Shown here: one piece after another, positions 12,162-23,008 of the stretch | Layout: the number at the start of each line of letters is the position of its first letter | Position numbering within the stretch: position 1 is the first letter of the stretch | Source: Craspedostauros australis | Lineage: Eukaryota | Reading direction: 5' to 3' | Assembly: GCA_030167865.1 (NCBI GenBank) | Contig: JALAGF010001768.1 | Coordinates: 1 to 43,594 of the forward strand | DNA length: 43,594 bases | The notes under the pieces: generated by a model | What the model was told of the DNA's origin: nothing | The model's database searches: none | Seen by the model: only the letters and a program-made list of their open reading frames with translations | Program-made: the position numbers and the translations under genes

Positions 12162-13493
12162 ATGTCAACAGAATCGGGAACCGAACAAATCGAGCCATCA
12201 CGAGATGCCGAAACAGCAGATGGCCATCACGAGAACGCGACAACTGAGGCATTCCATGATACTGGTACCACACAAATCCAATCCACGGCAAGCGTTGGCC
12301 GCGTCGATCACAATGAGAACGATGGCGATGAAGCAGGAGCGATGGCCAATGACGGCCATGCCGATACGCATCCACGAATGCAACAGCAGCAAAACGAAAC
12401 AGCGCAGGAGATGGCGACTGCAGGAGTCACCCGCGGTCCCTCAACTGTATCGATTGCCACAGATGTGGCGAGTCGCACATTCACATCAGCCTCAGCCTCA
12501 GAATCGTCCCCAGTAGCGACCGCTGCCGCTCCTTCTCCCTCGGGTAGAGACGATGATCTGCCAATGCAGCAACGTCCAGGACAAGCCAAAGATTACGGAG
12601 ACATGGAACAGGGAGAAGAGCAGCAACAGGAGATTCCCATCGTTTCTGCTGTTACGATACCAACTGATGTGCCGTCTGCGACCATCGACGCACTTCGACC
12701 TTTAGCGTTTGATGATGGCATGGCGCGGCTAGGGGTTGCAAACGACGTCCATGCGGCGGCTGCAATCAATGAGGCAGAAATGCAAGATCTTGAACAGAGA
12801 AAATTCCCAATGATGGAGGCAATTGTGGATGCGTCCCCGTTGGTCATTGCTCCCATCATTCAGTCTAGCGGTGTTGCGATGGCGATGGCGACTGGGCCAG
12901 CTGCTCCACCGGAGACTGCATCTGCGGCGACACATCAAGGATCAGCAGTTGCGGACACCCGCGGCGCGGATGCCGCATTCCAACCATCGACTGACCCGCC
13001 GACCATGCTCGATACAGCAACAATATTAGATGTGCATATTGACCAGGAAGACGACGCGTTCGATGTTGAAGCCTCCATGTCCAGGAATGCCGATCATCAT
13101 GCGAGTACGAATATTGAGCTTACCACCTTGCGCACGAGAAGCAGCCTCGATGAGATCACGCACTCCGACACGCTAAATGCCAATGGTATCGGCGATGATG
13201 GCCGTGCTGATGGCCGTGCTGATGGCCGTGCTGATGGCCGTGCTGATGGTCGCGCTGATGGATATGTCAGAACCAATGTCAGTGGAGTGACTGATCAGAC
13301 GGGAGGCGGCGCTGGCGGTGTCGGTATCGGCGACGAGGATGCATCGCGCCACCCGCTCAGTAATGTCCTAACCGAACAAGAGAAAGTCAACCCTTGCTGG
13401 ACAAGAAAGTTTGCCTGCACGGCGATGGCGATTGCTATAGCAGCAGCGATCCTAATGATGGTAACCTCGCTGGATGAAAGGCTCGCAGATTGA
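12162..13493 (+). CDS. Acidic disordered protein with C-terminal transmembrane helix (~443 aa; frame open from 11802)
   Basis: Long ORF with A/T/D/E-rich composition. Basic patch RKF followed by hydrophobic ACTAMAIAIAAAILMMV near the end. Start placed at MSTESG (ATCAACATCATG context). Confidence 0.7.
   Translation: MSTESGTEQIEPSRDAETADGHHENATTEAFHDTGTTQIQSTASVGRVDHNENDGDEAGAMANDGHADTHPRMQQQQNETAQEMATAGVTRGPSTVSIATDVASRTFTSASASESSPVATAAAPSPSGRDDDLPMQQRPGQAKDYGDMEQGEEQQQEIPIVSAVTIPTDVPSATIDALRPLAFDDGMARLGVANDVHAAAAINEAEMQDLEQRKFPMMEAIVDASPLVIAPIIQSSGVAMAMATGPAAPPETASAATHQGSAVADTRGADAAFQPSTDPPTMLDTATILDVHIDQEDDAFDVEASMSRNADHHASTNIELTTLRTRSSLDEITHSDTLNANGIGDDGRADGRADGRADGRADGRADGYVRTNVSGVTDQTGGGAGGVGIGDEDASRHPLSNVLTEQEKVNPCWTRKFACTAMAIAIAAAILMMVTSLDERLAD
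13197..13261 (+). repeat. Coding minisatellite (GATGGCCGTGCT)x5 encoding (DGRA)5
   Basis: Four perfect 12-bp units, a fifth with two synonymous changes (GATGGTCGCGCT), and a partial sixth. Confidence 0.95.
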
Positions 13494-15649
13494 GTCTGCT
13501 TATTATACCTTGGCTAACTTCCACCAACATACGCTAATCAACTGTAGAGTAATATTTCTTCATCCTGGATGCTCTCGTTGGCTCGATCCAAGCAAGCACC
13601 CGTTGAATCGAATTCAAACATCAGCCAAGAATACTCGTGCTCGTAGGTAGGTTCCTAAAGGTATGCAAGTCGTACTTGACATCTACATGTTAACAAGAGG
13701 CCTTGGGTCGGTCTGATGTGATGTGGAAAATATGCAAAGCTTCACTGTGCTCGTGGCTCGTAAGTGCGGGGAGCAGGTAGCGGCCTGAGATTCCCCAGCC
13801 CATCAGAGAATAGAGCATTCAAGAATAGACAAGAGAAGGTACTTGAACCGAACAATCGCTTGACTCGTGCCGAAGAGAAAAGGTCCCCAACCGCACTCTC
13901 GTGCTGGCACGAGCTACCTGTAGCTCGTACGTGAGCGTCGATTACGTTGGGCCTTGGCTGAGTCGTAGTCGTATGCCACATGCCGTGAACACAAGTCTGC
14001 AGAATTCCGGAGAAGCACGAATCACCCCATTTGGTCGTTTTGCAAGGAAGAGAGAAGCCGCGGCGAGACCACACAACACCGCCACCACATTTCTGACTTT
14101 CATTGGCTCACGTTTCAAATACCGATGCCATCACCGCCCACAAGACAACAAAGAGCGATTCATTCCAATTCAATTTGGAGCCATCACAGCATCATAGCAT
14201 CACAGCATCACACATCCCATTCCATTCCGATGCGGCGCTTTCTGCTGCGCCGTGCTTTCTGCCGAAGAAGTTGCCACAGAATGAAACAGCCAAGACCTGC
14301 CGAACGTGCTCATCAAGGTGCTCGTACGAATGAATGAGTGGAGGTATTTCATTGATGATCCACAGCCTTCGTGAGACGAGATGCAAACGCACAGCTGGAG
14401 CATCGGGAGACAGATCCCACCAGGGTATGGCAATGATTTCCAATGATCATTCCAATGATCATTTCGAAGCACTCTCAAGCTATCGCTTGAACACAGACAA
14501 TCCACCGGTGATCTGCACACACGCCGCAAGACACTACCACACGTGATCATGCGCAAGAGATCTGGACACAACGGCTGGAGACTTGCAACCGCCAAGAGGC
14601 AACCGTCAGGGTGCAAGACACATAATGAAGAGAAGATTGACGACGAATGCCAATACGAGGAAAACGCATGGCCACCGTCACGTATCCAATCGGTCTGGCC
14701 TTGCCTCCAGCTCTCCGTCAGTTCGTCCGGGAGAGATCGGCGCATCTCGCATTGCTCCCCCGTGGCAACGTCAGTTCGTCAATATGGAGTCGAGCGTGGG
14801 CGTGGGCATGAACAGCAAATGAATGCCGATATGAATGACTACGGTTTCAACAATGGCGGCACCGATTGTACAGGCGCAACATGCATGGCACGGTTCCAAG
14901 GCAGTTCCTTCGGGATATTCTACTGTTCCATTCGACCGCCTTGTGTGTCCACCTGCACACGAGTACGAGTACGAGCACGTATGCCGATGTCACACGACCC
15001 AACACCAGAGGAGACCATCGCTCGCTCCTCGTGAACAAATTCGAGACGCTGATGGGACACCGTGGGAAATTGAGAATTGATGTCGTTTCGAACCCTGCAC
15101 ACGACCCGATTTCAGCCAGCCAATCACACAGAAAGCGAAGCAACACGACAACAACGGAAGAGAGACAACAGATCGAATTCGCAAAGAAGTCATGATGGGC
15201 TCTTGTGACCGAAATGTCTGCTGTGGCCAAATACTCTACGCGGTTGCGAGTATGCATGGTGTATCGTACCGTACATACCATACTCGTGTCTACGGTACGC
15301 GCATCTCCACTGCCCGGCGATGGCCCAAATCGGATACCGAATCTGGAGAGCTCTTCGCGGCAAATACGGGCACCCGCCGCCCACATCAAACTTCTTCGCA
15401 AACGAAGTCAGCAGCCAGAACATGAGGTCAGACAAAGATCAAGAACACCAAGAAAGCGCAAGAGGCATCGAACGACAACCAACAGACCCACTCGTACCGT
15501 ACACACTCGTACATCTAATCGTCCACGCTTGGCATCGTCGCAAAGACACCCACACCAAGACAAACCCAAACAGCGCAGTCGGTCGCATTTAGCGGGATCC
15601 TTCGTTTCATTCAGCAACAACCAAGACCGACAAGACAACAACACAGCAA

Positions 15650-16816
15650 ATGCAACGACCATCACTGACATTTCCAACGATGAAACAAAAGATAGCCAAC
15701 GAAGCATCACGCTCTGTCAAATTCATAATGACACAAGGTGGGTCTGTCATCAAACGTGAGACTATCCAATTCCATGATGGCTCGACCTTCGTCGAAGACT
15801 CTCTGCTGGATGCGGTTCAAACTCGTGACGTTATGCATGGCCATGCAGATGCCATTTCGGATGATTTTGCGAGTCCTGACATTGAGCAGATCGCCAACGT
15901 TGTCAATGTTGACATCGACGATGAGTATGACCTCGAGCGAAATTGCGACGACCACAACGTCGACAACATTACCTCTATCGGTCCTTGTCCGGATACTGCT
16001 GTTGCTGTTGCTGTTGCTGCTACTTCTGATGGTGAAGCCAGCGATGGCTGCGTCCATGGCAATGACGACACTGGCGCCTCCACCGATGGCGCTTGCAAGA
16101 GTGACAGGGCGGGCACCGACACTGCTGAAGCTGGGAGCGTCCCAATCGTCTTTGCTTCGCCCTGGCCCGTCACAATGGGCCAAATTGTGACCGATGGCAA
16201 CACATTTAACCATAGTCTCCGCAACATCCCAAATCTGTCAGATAACGGCAGCGCAATGATCCTCAACGAAGTGACGGCGATCTCGAACGAACTTGACGCG
16301 TGTCCGATGGGGGTCGTGATCTCGGACCCACTTTGCATGGACTTGATGCCTCAGCACCAATGGTACTCACCAAGATGTACGGACCATGTGCCGATCGCAC
16401 ATGTTTTTGCGCTGGTTGAGCTCCAGTCAGATTCAAGCGCCGCAAGCAATCCGCCCGAACGAGGGCCTGGTCAACATGGGGAGCCTCGCTTGGTGCATGG
16501 CTGCCAAGACGCGCATCAGAAAGCACGCCAAGAGGACGAACATCATCCCCGCCACTATGAAGCTCGCGTCATTCCAACATTGGCAGCTCAGTCGGACGTG
16601 ATCGATGCAAACCTTTCCACAAGTACTCGCGCCAGTATGAAGCACGACGCCGATGGCACAGGCGACACTTGCCAGACAAGCCAAAGCAGTCTCGACAGCA
16701 AGAAGAAAAGCAAAGGGAGCAGACTCAATGACATCGTCATCTGTGGAGCTTTCACGGTGGTTGCATTGATCACCGTCGCGCTCTGGGTCTTCTCTCTGCG
16801 ATTTCTGCCGGAGTAG
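15650..16816 (+). CDS. Acidic disordered protein with C-terminal transmembrane helix (388 aa, tail-anchored-like)
   Basis: Long ORF. SKKKSKGSR basic patch, then IVICGAFTVVALITVALWVFSL, then a 5-residue tail. CA-rich leader upstream and AT-rich 3' region at about 16890-16950. Confidence 0.7.
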   Translation: MQRPSLTFPTMKQKIANEASRSVKFIMTQGGSVIKRETIQFHDGSTFVEDSLLDAVQTRDVMHGHADAISDDFASPDIEQIANVVNVDIDDEYDLERNCDDHNVDNITSIGPCPDTAVAVAVAATSDGEASDGCVHGNDDTGASTDGACKSDRAGTDTAEAGSVPIVFASPWPVTMGQIVTDGNTFNHSLRNIPNLSDNGSAMILNEVTAISNELDACPMGVVISDPLCMDLMPQHQWYSPRCTDHVPIAHVFALVELQSDSSAASNPPERGPGQHGEPRLVHGCQDAHQKARQEDEHHPRHYEARVIPTLAAQSDVIDANLSTSTRASMKHDADGTGDTCQTSQSSLDSKKKSKGSRLNDIVICGAFTVVALITVALWVFSLRFLPE

Positions 16817-17161
16817 GGATGGGTGGGATCGAGGAGTCGGGCATCCGCACAAGCACTCTGATAGAGTAACAGTCGCAGACATCGCTCCGATATAAAAATA
16901 CGAGTATGATACGAATATAGTATGATTTAATATTATGTAATATAATACATGGTTTCATCATCAACCAAAACTATGTGTGGAACCTATGAGCTGTGTTCAC
17001 AATTGTATGATAGGTGCTGCTCCGCTAGCGCAAGCATTGAGAGTCGTAGCTCGTACGCGTAGAGGAGACATTATACTATACAGATAGATTGCCTTAGCAG
17101 AGAGCCGGGAATGCTGGACCTTTGGGTGTACGAGCTATCCGTATGGTTGACACCGTGCGTG

Positions 17162-17194
17162 CTCTACTCTACTCTACTCTCCTCTACTCTACTC
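17162..17194. repeat. (CTCTA)n pentanucleotide microsatellite
   Basis: ctctactctactctactctcctctactctactc read directly from the sequence. Confidence 0.85.
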
Positions 17195-18056
17195 GCCCGG
17201 GTGGGTGCCTCCGAAGGGAGAGAGTGCCAAGAAGGAAGAGACCGAAGGACAGACGCCCGAATGTATCTTTTGAAACTGTCAGTTAACGGCATATTTCTGC
17301 AAAGCGGAACGGACACGGTCACTGAGGAATGCCATCTGTGGAATGACTCCGACAAGCTCGATTCAAGGAGACTTCCACGATCGCGATGTGTGGTCACCGA
17401 TGACGAAAAACAGAACCGCAGCTGGCTTTCTGATCTGCGCGCGACGGCACGAGTTTTCGCAAGGGGGGTTTGGGACTTTGTCGTGGTCGTGGCGATGATT
17501 GTGTCGTCGCCTCTTCAAGAGCCTTGTTGGTGTTGTTCTTGGTCCTCTCACCTTTGGCAGGCAGCCTCTCGTTGGAGCCGACCACTGCCTTCACATCCAC
17601 ATCGTTGATCGTCGCCTTGCGTGCTCGTGGAGTATAATACCTTGGTAGGATTCCGATTGTGCCAATACGAGTCCAAGCAACAACAAAGACAGCAGCATAC
17701 TCACACTCACACTCGTACGACTAGAGCAGAGCAGAGCAGAGCAGACAACCTCAATCGTATTCATCTTGCTTGACATCGCCATTGGATTGAATTGTTCGCC
17801 TGGCACGAGACCATCTGAGGCACGAGACGACCGAGAGAACGCAAGGGAGCGGAGAGCGTGCCCAGGAGATATATTCGTAGAGTATAGCAGAGCATCGTAG
17901 AGCATAGCAGAGTGACGGAGACCAAGATCAGCAGCAGTAGCAGTAGCAGACACAACCTTCACGACATCACAGTATTGCATCGCATCGTGTTGAACGCCAC
18001 CGAGAGACATCCATAGACAACAGACAATAAACAGCACACAACAGACAACAGACAAC

Positions 18057-19412
18057 ATGGGAAACCTACTCGCAAAGCCAGTGACAGACAAGGAGACCCA
18101 CACGGGGAGCATAGAGGCGGAGAAGATCGACTTCGGCCTGTCCTCAATGCAGGGATGGCGAGTTCACATGGAAGACGCGCACATCGCGGAGAGCAGCATA
18201 TACGCGACGATGCCCAGCGGCGACAAGCAGGTGCTGGCGGGCCACTCAGTCTTCGCCGTCTTCGATGGTCACGGAGGCACGTACGCTGCCATCTACTCGG
18301 GCAACAACTTCCTCAGGGTGCTCTCGCACCAGCCCAAGTTCATCGAGTACGCTGCCTTCTGCGCTGATCGTCAGACCAAGGAGGCCACGCTGGAGGACGC
18401 CGAGAAGACGGAGTACATCCGGGGCGGATCGGAGCTGCTGGAGCAGGCCCTCAAGGAGGCCTTCGTCAACCTGGACAGAGAAATAGGCATGGCCTGCAGA
18501 GGACAGCCCCACCAGGATGCCAACTCGCCCTACCACCCACCGCAGCCGTCGACGTCGGCCGCCACCGAGAATGGGGCGCCCAAGTCCGCGGCGGCCACTG
18601 CCGCAGCCCAGAGTCAGAACGAAGCAGCCACCGACACCGATTCAGGCACCACCGCCTGCGTCGTCATGGTCACTCCCGATTGGATCGTCTGCGCCAATGC
18701 CGGCGACTCCAGAAGCGTCCTGTCGCGCAACACCCACCACGCCAACCCCCTCTCCTACGATCACAAGCCGGACGACGAGGGGGAGGAGCGGCGGATCCGC
18801 GCTGCCGGTGGCTACGTCACGGGCGGCCGTGTCGAGGGAGATCTGGCCGTGAGCCGCGGCCTCGGGGACTTCCGCTTCAAATCCATGGCCACGGTCCTCG
18901 CGGGCACCACCGGAGACAGCGCCACCACCTCGGACGTCGCCATGAACGGTGATGCCAAGGACGAACCCGCCGACGACAGACCGCAGGTAGCACCGGGAGA
19001 CCAGAAGGTATCCAGCGTCCCCGACATCATCGTGCAGCCACGCAATGCCGATCTAGACGAATTCATCATCGTCGCCTGCGACGGCATCTGGGACGTGCAG
19101 TCGAATCAGAACTGCGTCGATTCCGTCACCAAGATGATGGACGAGGGGGAATCCAACATGGGACTTGTGGCGGAGGAGCTGCTCGACGAATGCTTAGAAC
19201 TAGGTTCGAAGGACAACATGACCGCCATCATCGTCAAGCTCGCTGCCCAGAACATCGGTGATGGCGGCGGGATCGCCGCGCGCCGCCAAGCAAGAGAGCA
19301 AAAAATCATCGACGCCACCAAGCAGAACAACGCAGAATCTCAGCAGCAACAGCAGCAGATGGAAGAAGCACCTGATGCCGCGGACAGCGACGCGCCGGAG
19401 GCCTCCTCATAA
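18057..19412 (+). CDS. PP2C: Protein phosphatase 2C (PPM family, PPM1A/B-Ptc2/3-like), N-myristoylated, 451 aa, single exon
   Basis: MGNLLAKPVTDKET N-terminus (Gly2). Motifs SMQGWRVHMEDAH, VFDGHGG, DSGTTA, ANAGDSR, DHKP, LAVSRGLGDF, ACDGIWD and GSKDNMT; all metal-binding Asp residues are present. Confidence 0.96.
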   Translation: MGNLLAKPVTDKETHTGSIEAEKIDFGLSSMQGWRVHMEDAHIAESSIYATMPSGDKQVLAGHSVFAVFDGHGGTYAAIYSGNNFLRVLSHQPKFIEYAAFCADRQTKEATLEDAEKTEYIRGGSELLEQALKEAFVNLDREIGMACRGQPHQDANSPYHPPQPSTSAATENGAPKSAAATAAAQSQNEAATDTDSGTTACVVMVTPDWIVCANAGDSRSVLSRNTHHANPLSYDHKPDDEGEERRIRAAGGYVTGGRVEGDLAVSRGLGDFRFKSMATVLAGTTGDSATTSDVAMNGDAKDEPADDRPQVAPGDQKVSSVPDIIVQPRNADLDEFIIVACDGIWDVQSNQNCVDSVTKMMDEGESNMGLVAEELLDECLELGSKDNMTAIIVKLAAQNIGDGGGIAARRQAREQKIIDATKQNNAESQQQQQQMEEAPDAADSDAPEASS

Positions 19413-20113
19413 TTACATCCGGTCTCGTCGCTGTCACTCCTTTGGGCTTTGACTTTCGGCGCTGGTTTTGCCACAACACATCACACCACTATACTCCTCC
19501 TACAGTGTGCAACATGTCATCGTCGGAATGCGCAAGTGCGTGCGCATGCACCAAGGAGGCACTATCACAACATATCATACTATCATATCAAACAATACCA
19601 TACTCGTACCGTGTACTCCGCCAACCCTACTCTGACCACACTATCAAATCGTACTGCAGCTAGAATTTATGCAGGGAGGTAAATGCAAGGAGCGATCCTT
19701 ACAAGCAAAGCAGAAACAAAAGCGAGTGATCATCGGAATAGAGCATCATACTTTCCCACCACTGCTGCACGAAACGCACAACAACATTCAGCAGTAGCAG
19801 CAACAACGATGACGTTGACAAGTTGTTCTGCAAGCCATCCAGTATCAGCTGGAATACTTCTCAAACACGGCTCCTCCTCACACGAGGATGTATGTTTCCT
19901 GTGGTCGCTCTACTAGATTTTGACATTATCCTCAAGCTTACATACTCTTTCAAGCCTACTACTCTGCTCTGCTCGATGCTGTTCGCACTGTCTCTTTGTC
20001 CTTCTGCCTGATTTTCGTTCTACTCTTCTGTATTCATGAATCATGTATGAAGTGCTTCTTCTTCTTCGCCCACTCTGTGGATGATGCAGTCAGTGGGTGC
20101 ACGCTTCGTACCA

Positions 20114-21280
20114 TCACACGTGCCAGATGGCGCGCTTGCGATCGTGGCTGGAATTGGATGTCACCGCCACCGGCTGCGCATTCTTCCGGGATGAACCGGA
20201 GCGTTCCTGTGCGAGGAACAGAAAGTCCATGAAGTGGTGTGGTCTCTTCCCATTCAGCGTGCCCTTCCAGTTGCGCTTGCGGACGTTCGTCGACCAGTTC
20301 ACCACCTGCGCGCACGTCAGGTTGGTAGCGTGCGACAGTTCCATGATCTCTTTTGAAGTGGGGAAGGGATTGTCGCTGTGCTGCGCCATCCAATCCATCA
20401 AGACGTCGAGCTGCCATTTCGCGTACTTCACGCCGAGTGCTGCGGGGGATGTTGCGGATGACGACGACGAAGCGCCGTAAGCCGACAGCATGCCTTGAAG
20501 GAAGCAGGATTGCTGCAGGGAATTCTCAATGGCAGAGATTTCCTTCTCCAAGACATTCAAGGAGTTGTCCACCAGCTTGTCGGTGTGGGGACAGAGGCCG
20601 CGTGAGATCTGCGGAAAAGTCGCGCCCTGGATGGACGACACATACGTCTTCATGCGCGCCACTGCTTCGCAGAGCCCATCGGGAGTTGGCGGGCGCTTGC
20701 GGTCGTCGTTGTCGTGACGCACTGCGTGATGGTGGGACTCTGGACGATGGCTCTTGTACATGAAGTCCGTAGCTGTCATTTCCTTCAGCGTGATCTTCGC
20801 GCTCTTGAGCTTGGCACAAGCCGCCACCAAACGCGGGAAGTCCTCGTGGTGAAGAACCAAATCCAGATCATTGGGTTGGGCGATGCAGGGCGGGGCGAGC
20901 TTGAATGCAGAGTTTGCTTGTGGGGTGTCGGGCTCGCGTTGTGCGTGCTTGCTGCGCCGTGCTGGGATTCGAGCAAGTTTCTTGCGTCGCCGCATTGGTA
21001 CTGCTTCCTCGAAGGACGGCTCATCACAAAGCTCTGGAGGCTCAGTATTGATCGCAAACGATGCGGGAGGTGATGTCACCATTTCTTCGTCACCTTTGGT
21101 CATGCTGTTCAGGGTGCTTCTGTGAATATCGGCTCGAATCGTGTCGCGGCCAAAATCGTCTTGAATTTCTTCTGTCTCCATGGATTGGATGGTATCAGCG
21201 ATGAGATTGATCCCATCGCCACCTTGCACTGTCGCAACGGAATGCGTTGCGCTTGGTTCTTGGTGGTATTGGATCGCCAT
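20114..21280 (-). CDS. TALE-class (Homeobox_KN) homeodomain transcription factor, 388 aa
   Basis: C-terminal homeodomain at about 20428-20264: KYAKWQLDVLMDWMAQHSDNPFPTSKEIMELSHATNLTCAQVVNWSTNVRKRNWK. It has the three-residue loop extension plus PFP (TALE PYP) and the helix-3 W..N.R.R pattern. In-frame stop 8 codons upstream of the ATG. Confidence 0.88.
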   Translation of the reverse strand: MAIQYHQEPSATHSVATVQGGDGINLIADTIQSMETEEIQDDFGRDTIRADIHRSTLNSMTKGDEEMVTSPPASFAINTEPPELCDEPSFEEAVPMRRRKKLARIPARRSKHAQREPDTPQANSAFKLAPPCIAQPNDLDLVLHHEDFPRLVAACAKLKSAKITLKEMTATDFMYKSHRPESHHHAVRHDNDDRKRPPTPDGLCEAVARMKTYVSSIQGATFPQISRGLCPHTDKLVDNSLNVLEKEISAIENSLQQSCFLQGMLSAYGASSSSSATSPAALGVKYAKWQLDVLMDWMAQHSDNPFPTSKEIMELSHATNLTCAQVVNWSTNVRKRNWKGTLNGKRPHHFMDFLFLAQERSGSSRKNAQPVAVTSNSSHDRKRAIWHV

Positions 21281-23008
21281 GATGATGATGAGGAAGTGTC
21301 CTCAGTGAATGATGCTGTATGGTGCGTTCCGCAACAACAGTGTGAACCTCAGTGAGAAAGAAGTTGTCTCTGAAAGGAGCCGCGCAGTGGATATCGTCGC
21401 CGACAGCAGCGAACCCGGATGGAACGGTGAAGGCTCTGACGTGAGCGTGGACGTGAGCGTGGACTTGGATGTGGGCCTGGTCTGAGACTTGGAAGAAAGT
21501 CAGCGTACGATGATCACACTGTCAACCGATGATGGATTCTTTGTGGAATGCTGATGCTTGACAACACAGCGGCAGTGACTGTGGATGGAACCAACAACAG
21601 CAACAACAGAAGCAGCAGCGAAGATGCAAGTGAAGATGGAAGAAGACAATGCAAGTGAGAATGGAAACGACGAACTTGAATTGAGATACATGACGCAAAG
21701 TTGAGTGGATCAGACGCAAGATGATCTCGCGGTACTGTTCCAGATGGTGGCCCTTTCCATGCAAATCGATTTGGAGCCGTGCGTGCTCGTGCATTTGACT
21801 TCTCGCACTTACGCTTTTTATGACAACTTCATGCGTCCATCGACGGTGCCCTCTGGTGAAGTGAGAAATCATGGGGGCGATGGTAGAAGCCGAGGCAGAA
21901 GTGGCAGAACTGCAGCAGCAACACCGCCACAATCACCACAACGCCTTCAACTATGATCCGCAGTGCGCATGTGATTGGCAGCTCCCATGTTTGTGGAACA
22001 CCCGACCTTGCCGTTCTCGTCACCGTTGTTGTCTTCGTCGTCCATTTCCATCAATCAACTTGTTCGCCGTTTTGTCTGTTGTGTTTTCTCTTTTTTTCAA
22101 AAAGTATCCGTGATTCATTCTCGTGGATCACGAGTGCGTGTTTTCTTTTGTTTGTCTGTGTTGGTGTATGTCTGGAACACGATACAACTCACGATTCTGC
22201 AAAGAACAACTGATGGAGTCTGCGCGTACAAAGAAAAGAACAATGACTGTGTGTAACACACACATACGAAGTACGGACACTATAAATGACAGGTATGAAT
22301 ACGGAAGAAGATAGATCACGTTGAGGAAAGCCTGCGCATCAAAGATAGTTCGATCCCACAAAACAGCATCGTGTGATACGCTCGCACGATCGATTCATTG
22401 CTCGCCAGTCCTTGAGAATGTGCAGCGGCAAAGACATGAACGATCCCAGTGGGTGGAATAGAGCAGGATTCATTGCATGCAATTGTTGAGTTGCTCAGGG
22501 GAGTGCTTGTATGGTGCAGAACTTGGTACGAGTAGGTCGCACCGTGATGTGAGCAGCTTTGGAGATGGCAATCGAAGTGGACGTTGCGCGTTGATTGCGT
22601 ATCGTGTCGTGTGGTGTGGAGCGGTTTGAACCAGAAGTGATCGCAGTAACGGCAGTACTTGTGACCACCAGGACCCGCGCAGCATCGCTTCACCCAGGAG
22701 TAGTGGGAGGGGGCGACCTGCGAGAGCGGCAACCGTCAGGGCGCGTTTGGCGTAGGACTCTGCGCGCGTCTGGATGTGTCTTCGTGGATCTTCAAAGAAC
22801 GTGCCTTCGCACGGAGAACTCCTACGTAATGGCGACTATGGCATTCGCAGAACGGGAGAAGGTATTCGCATGAGCTTGCTTAACGTGTCTTAAGTGCTAC
22901 ACTGAGGGGTCGTTGATTGTATCCATGCGATTATGTGCATACGCCACCACTTCCCCTACATCTGCTGCTGTGGAGCCATTTCCCGCTCCGTAATGATCGC
23001 ACCCTGCC

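Noticed and set aside
14200..15640. ORFs upstream of the 15650 gene as possible extra exons
   Set aside because: No convincing splice pairs or protein motifs. The sequence looks like leader or promoter DNA with short tandem repeats.
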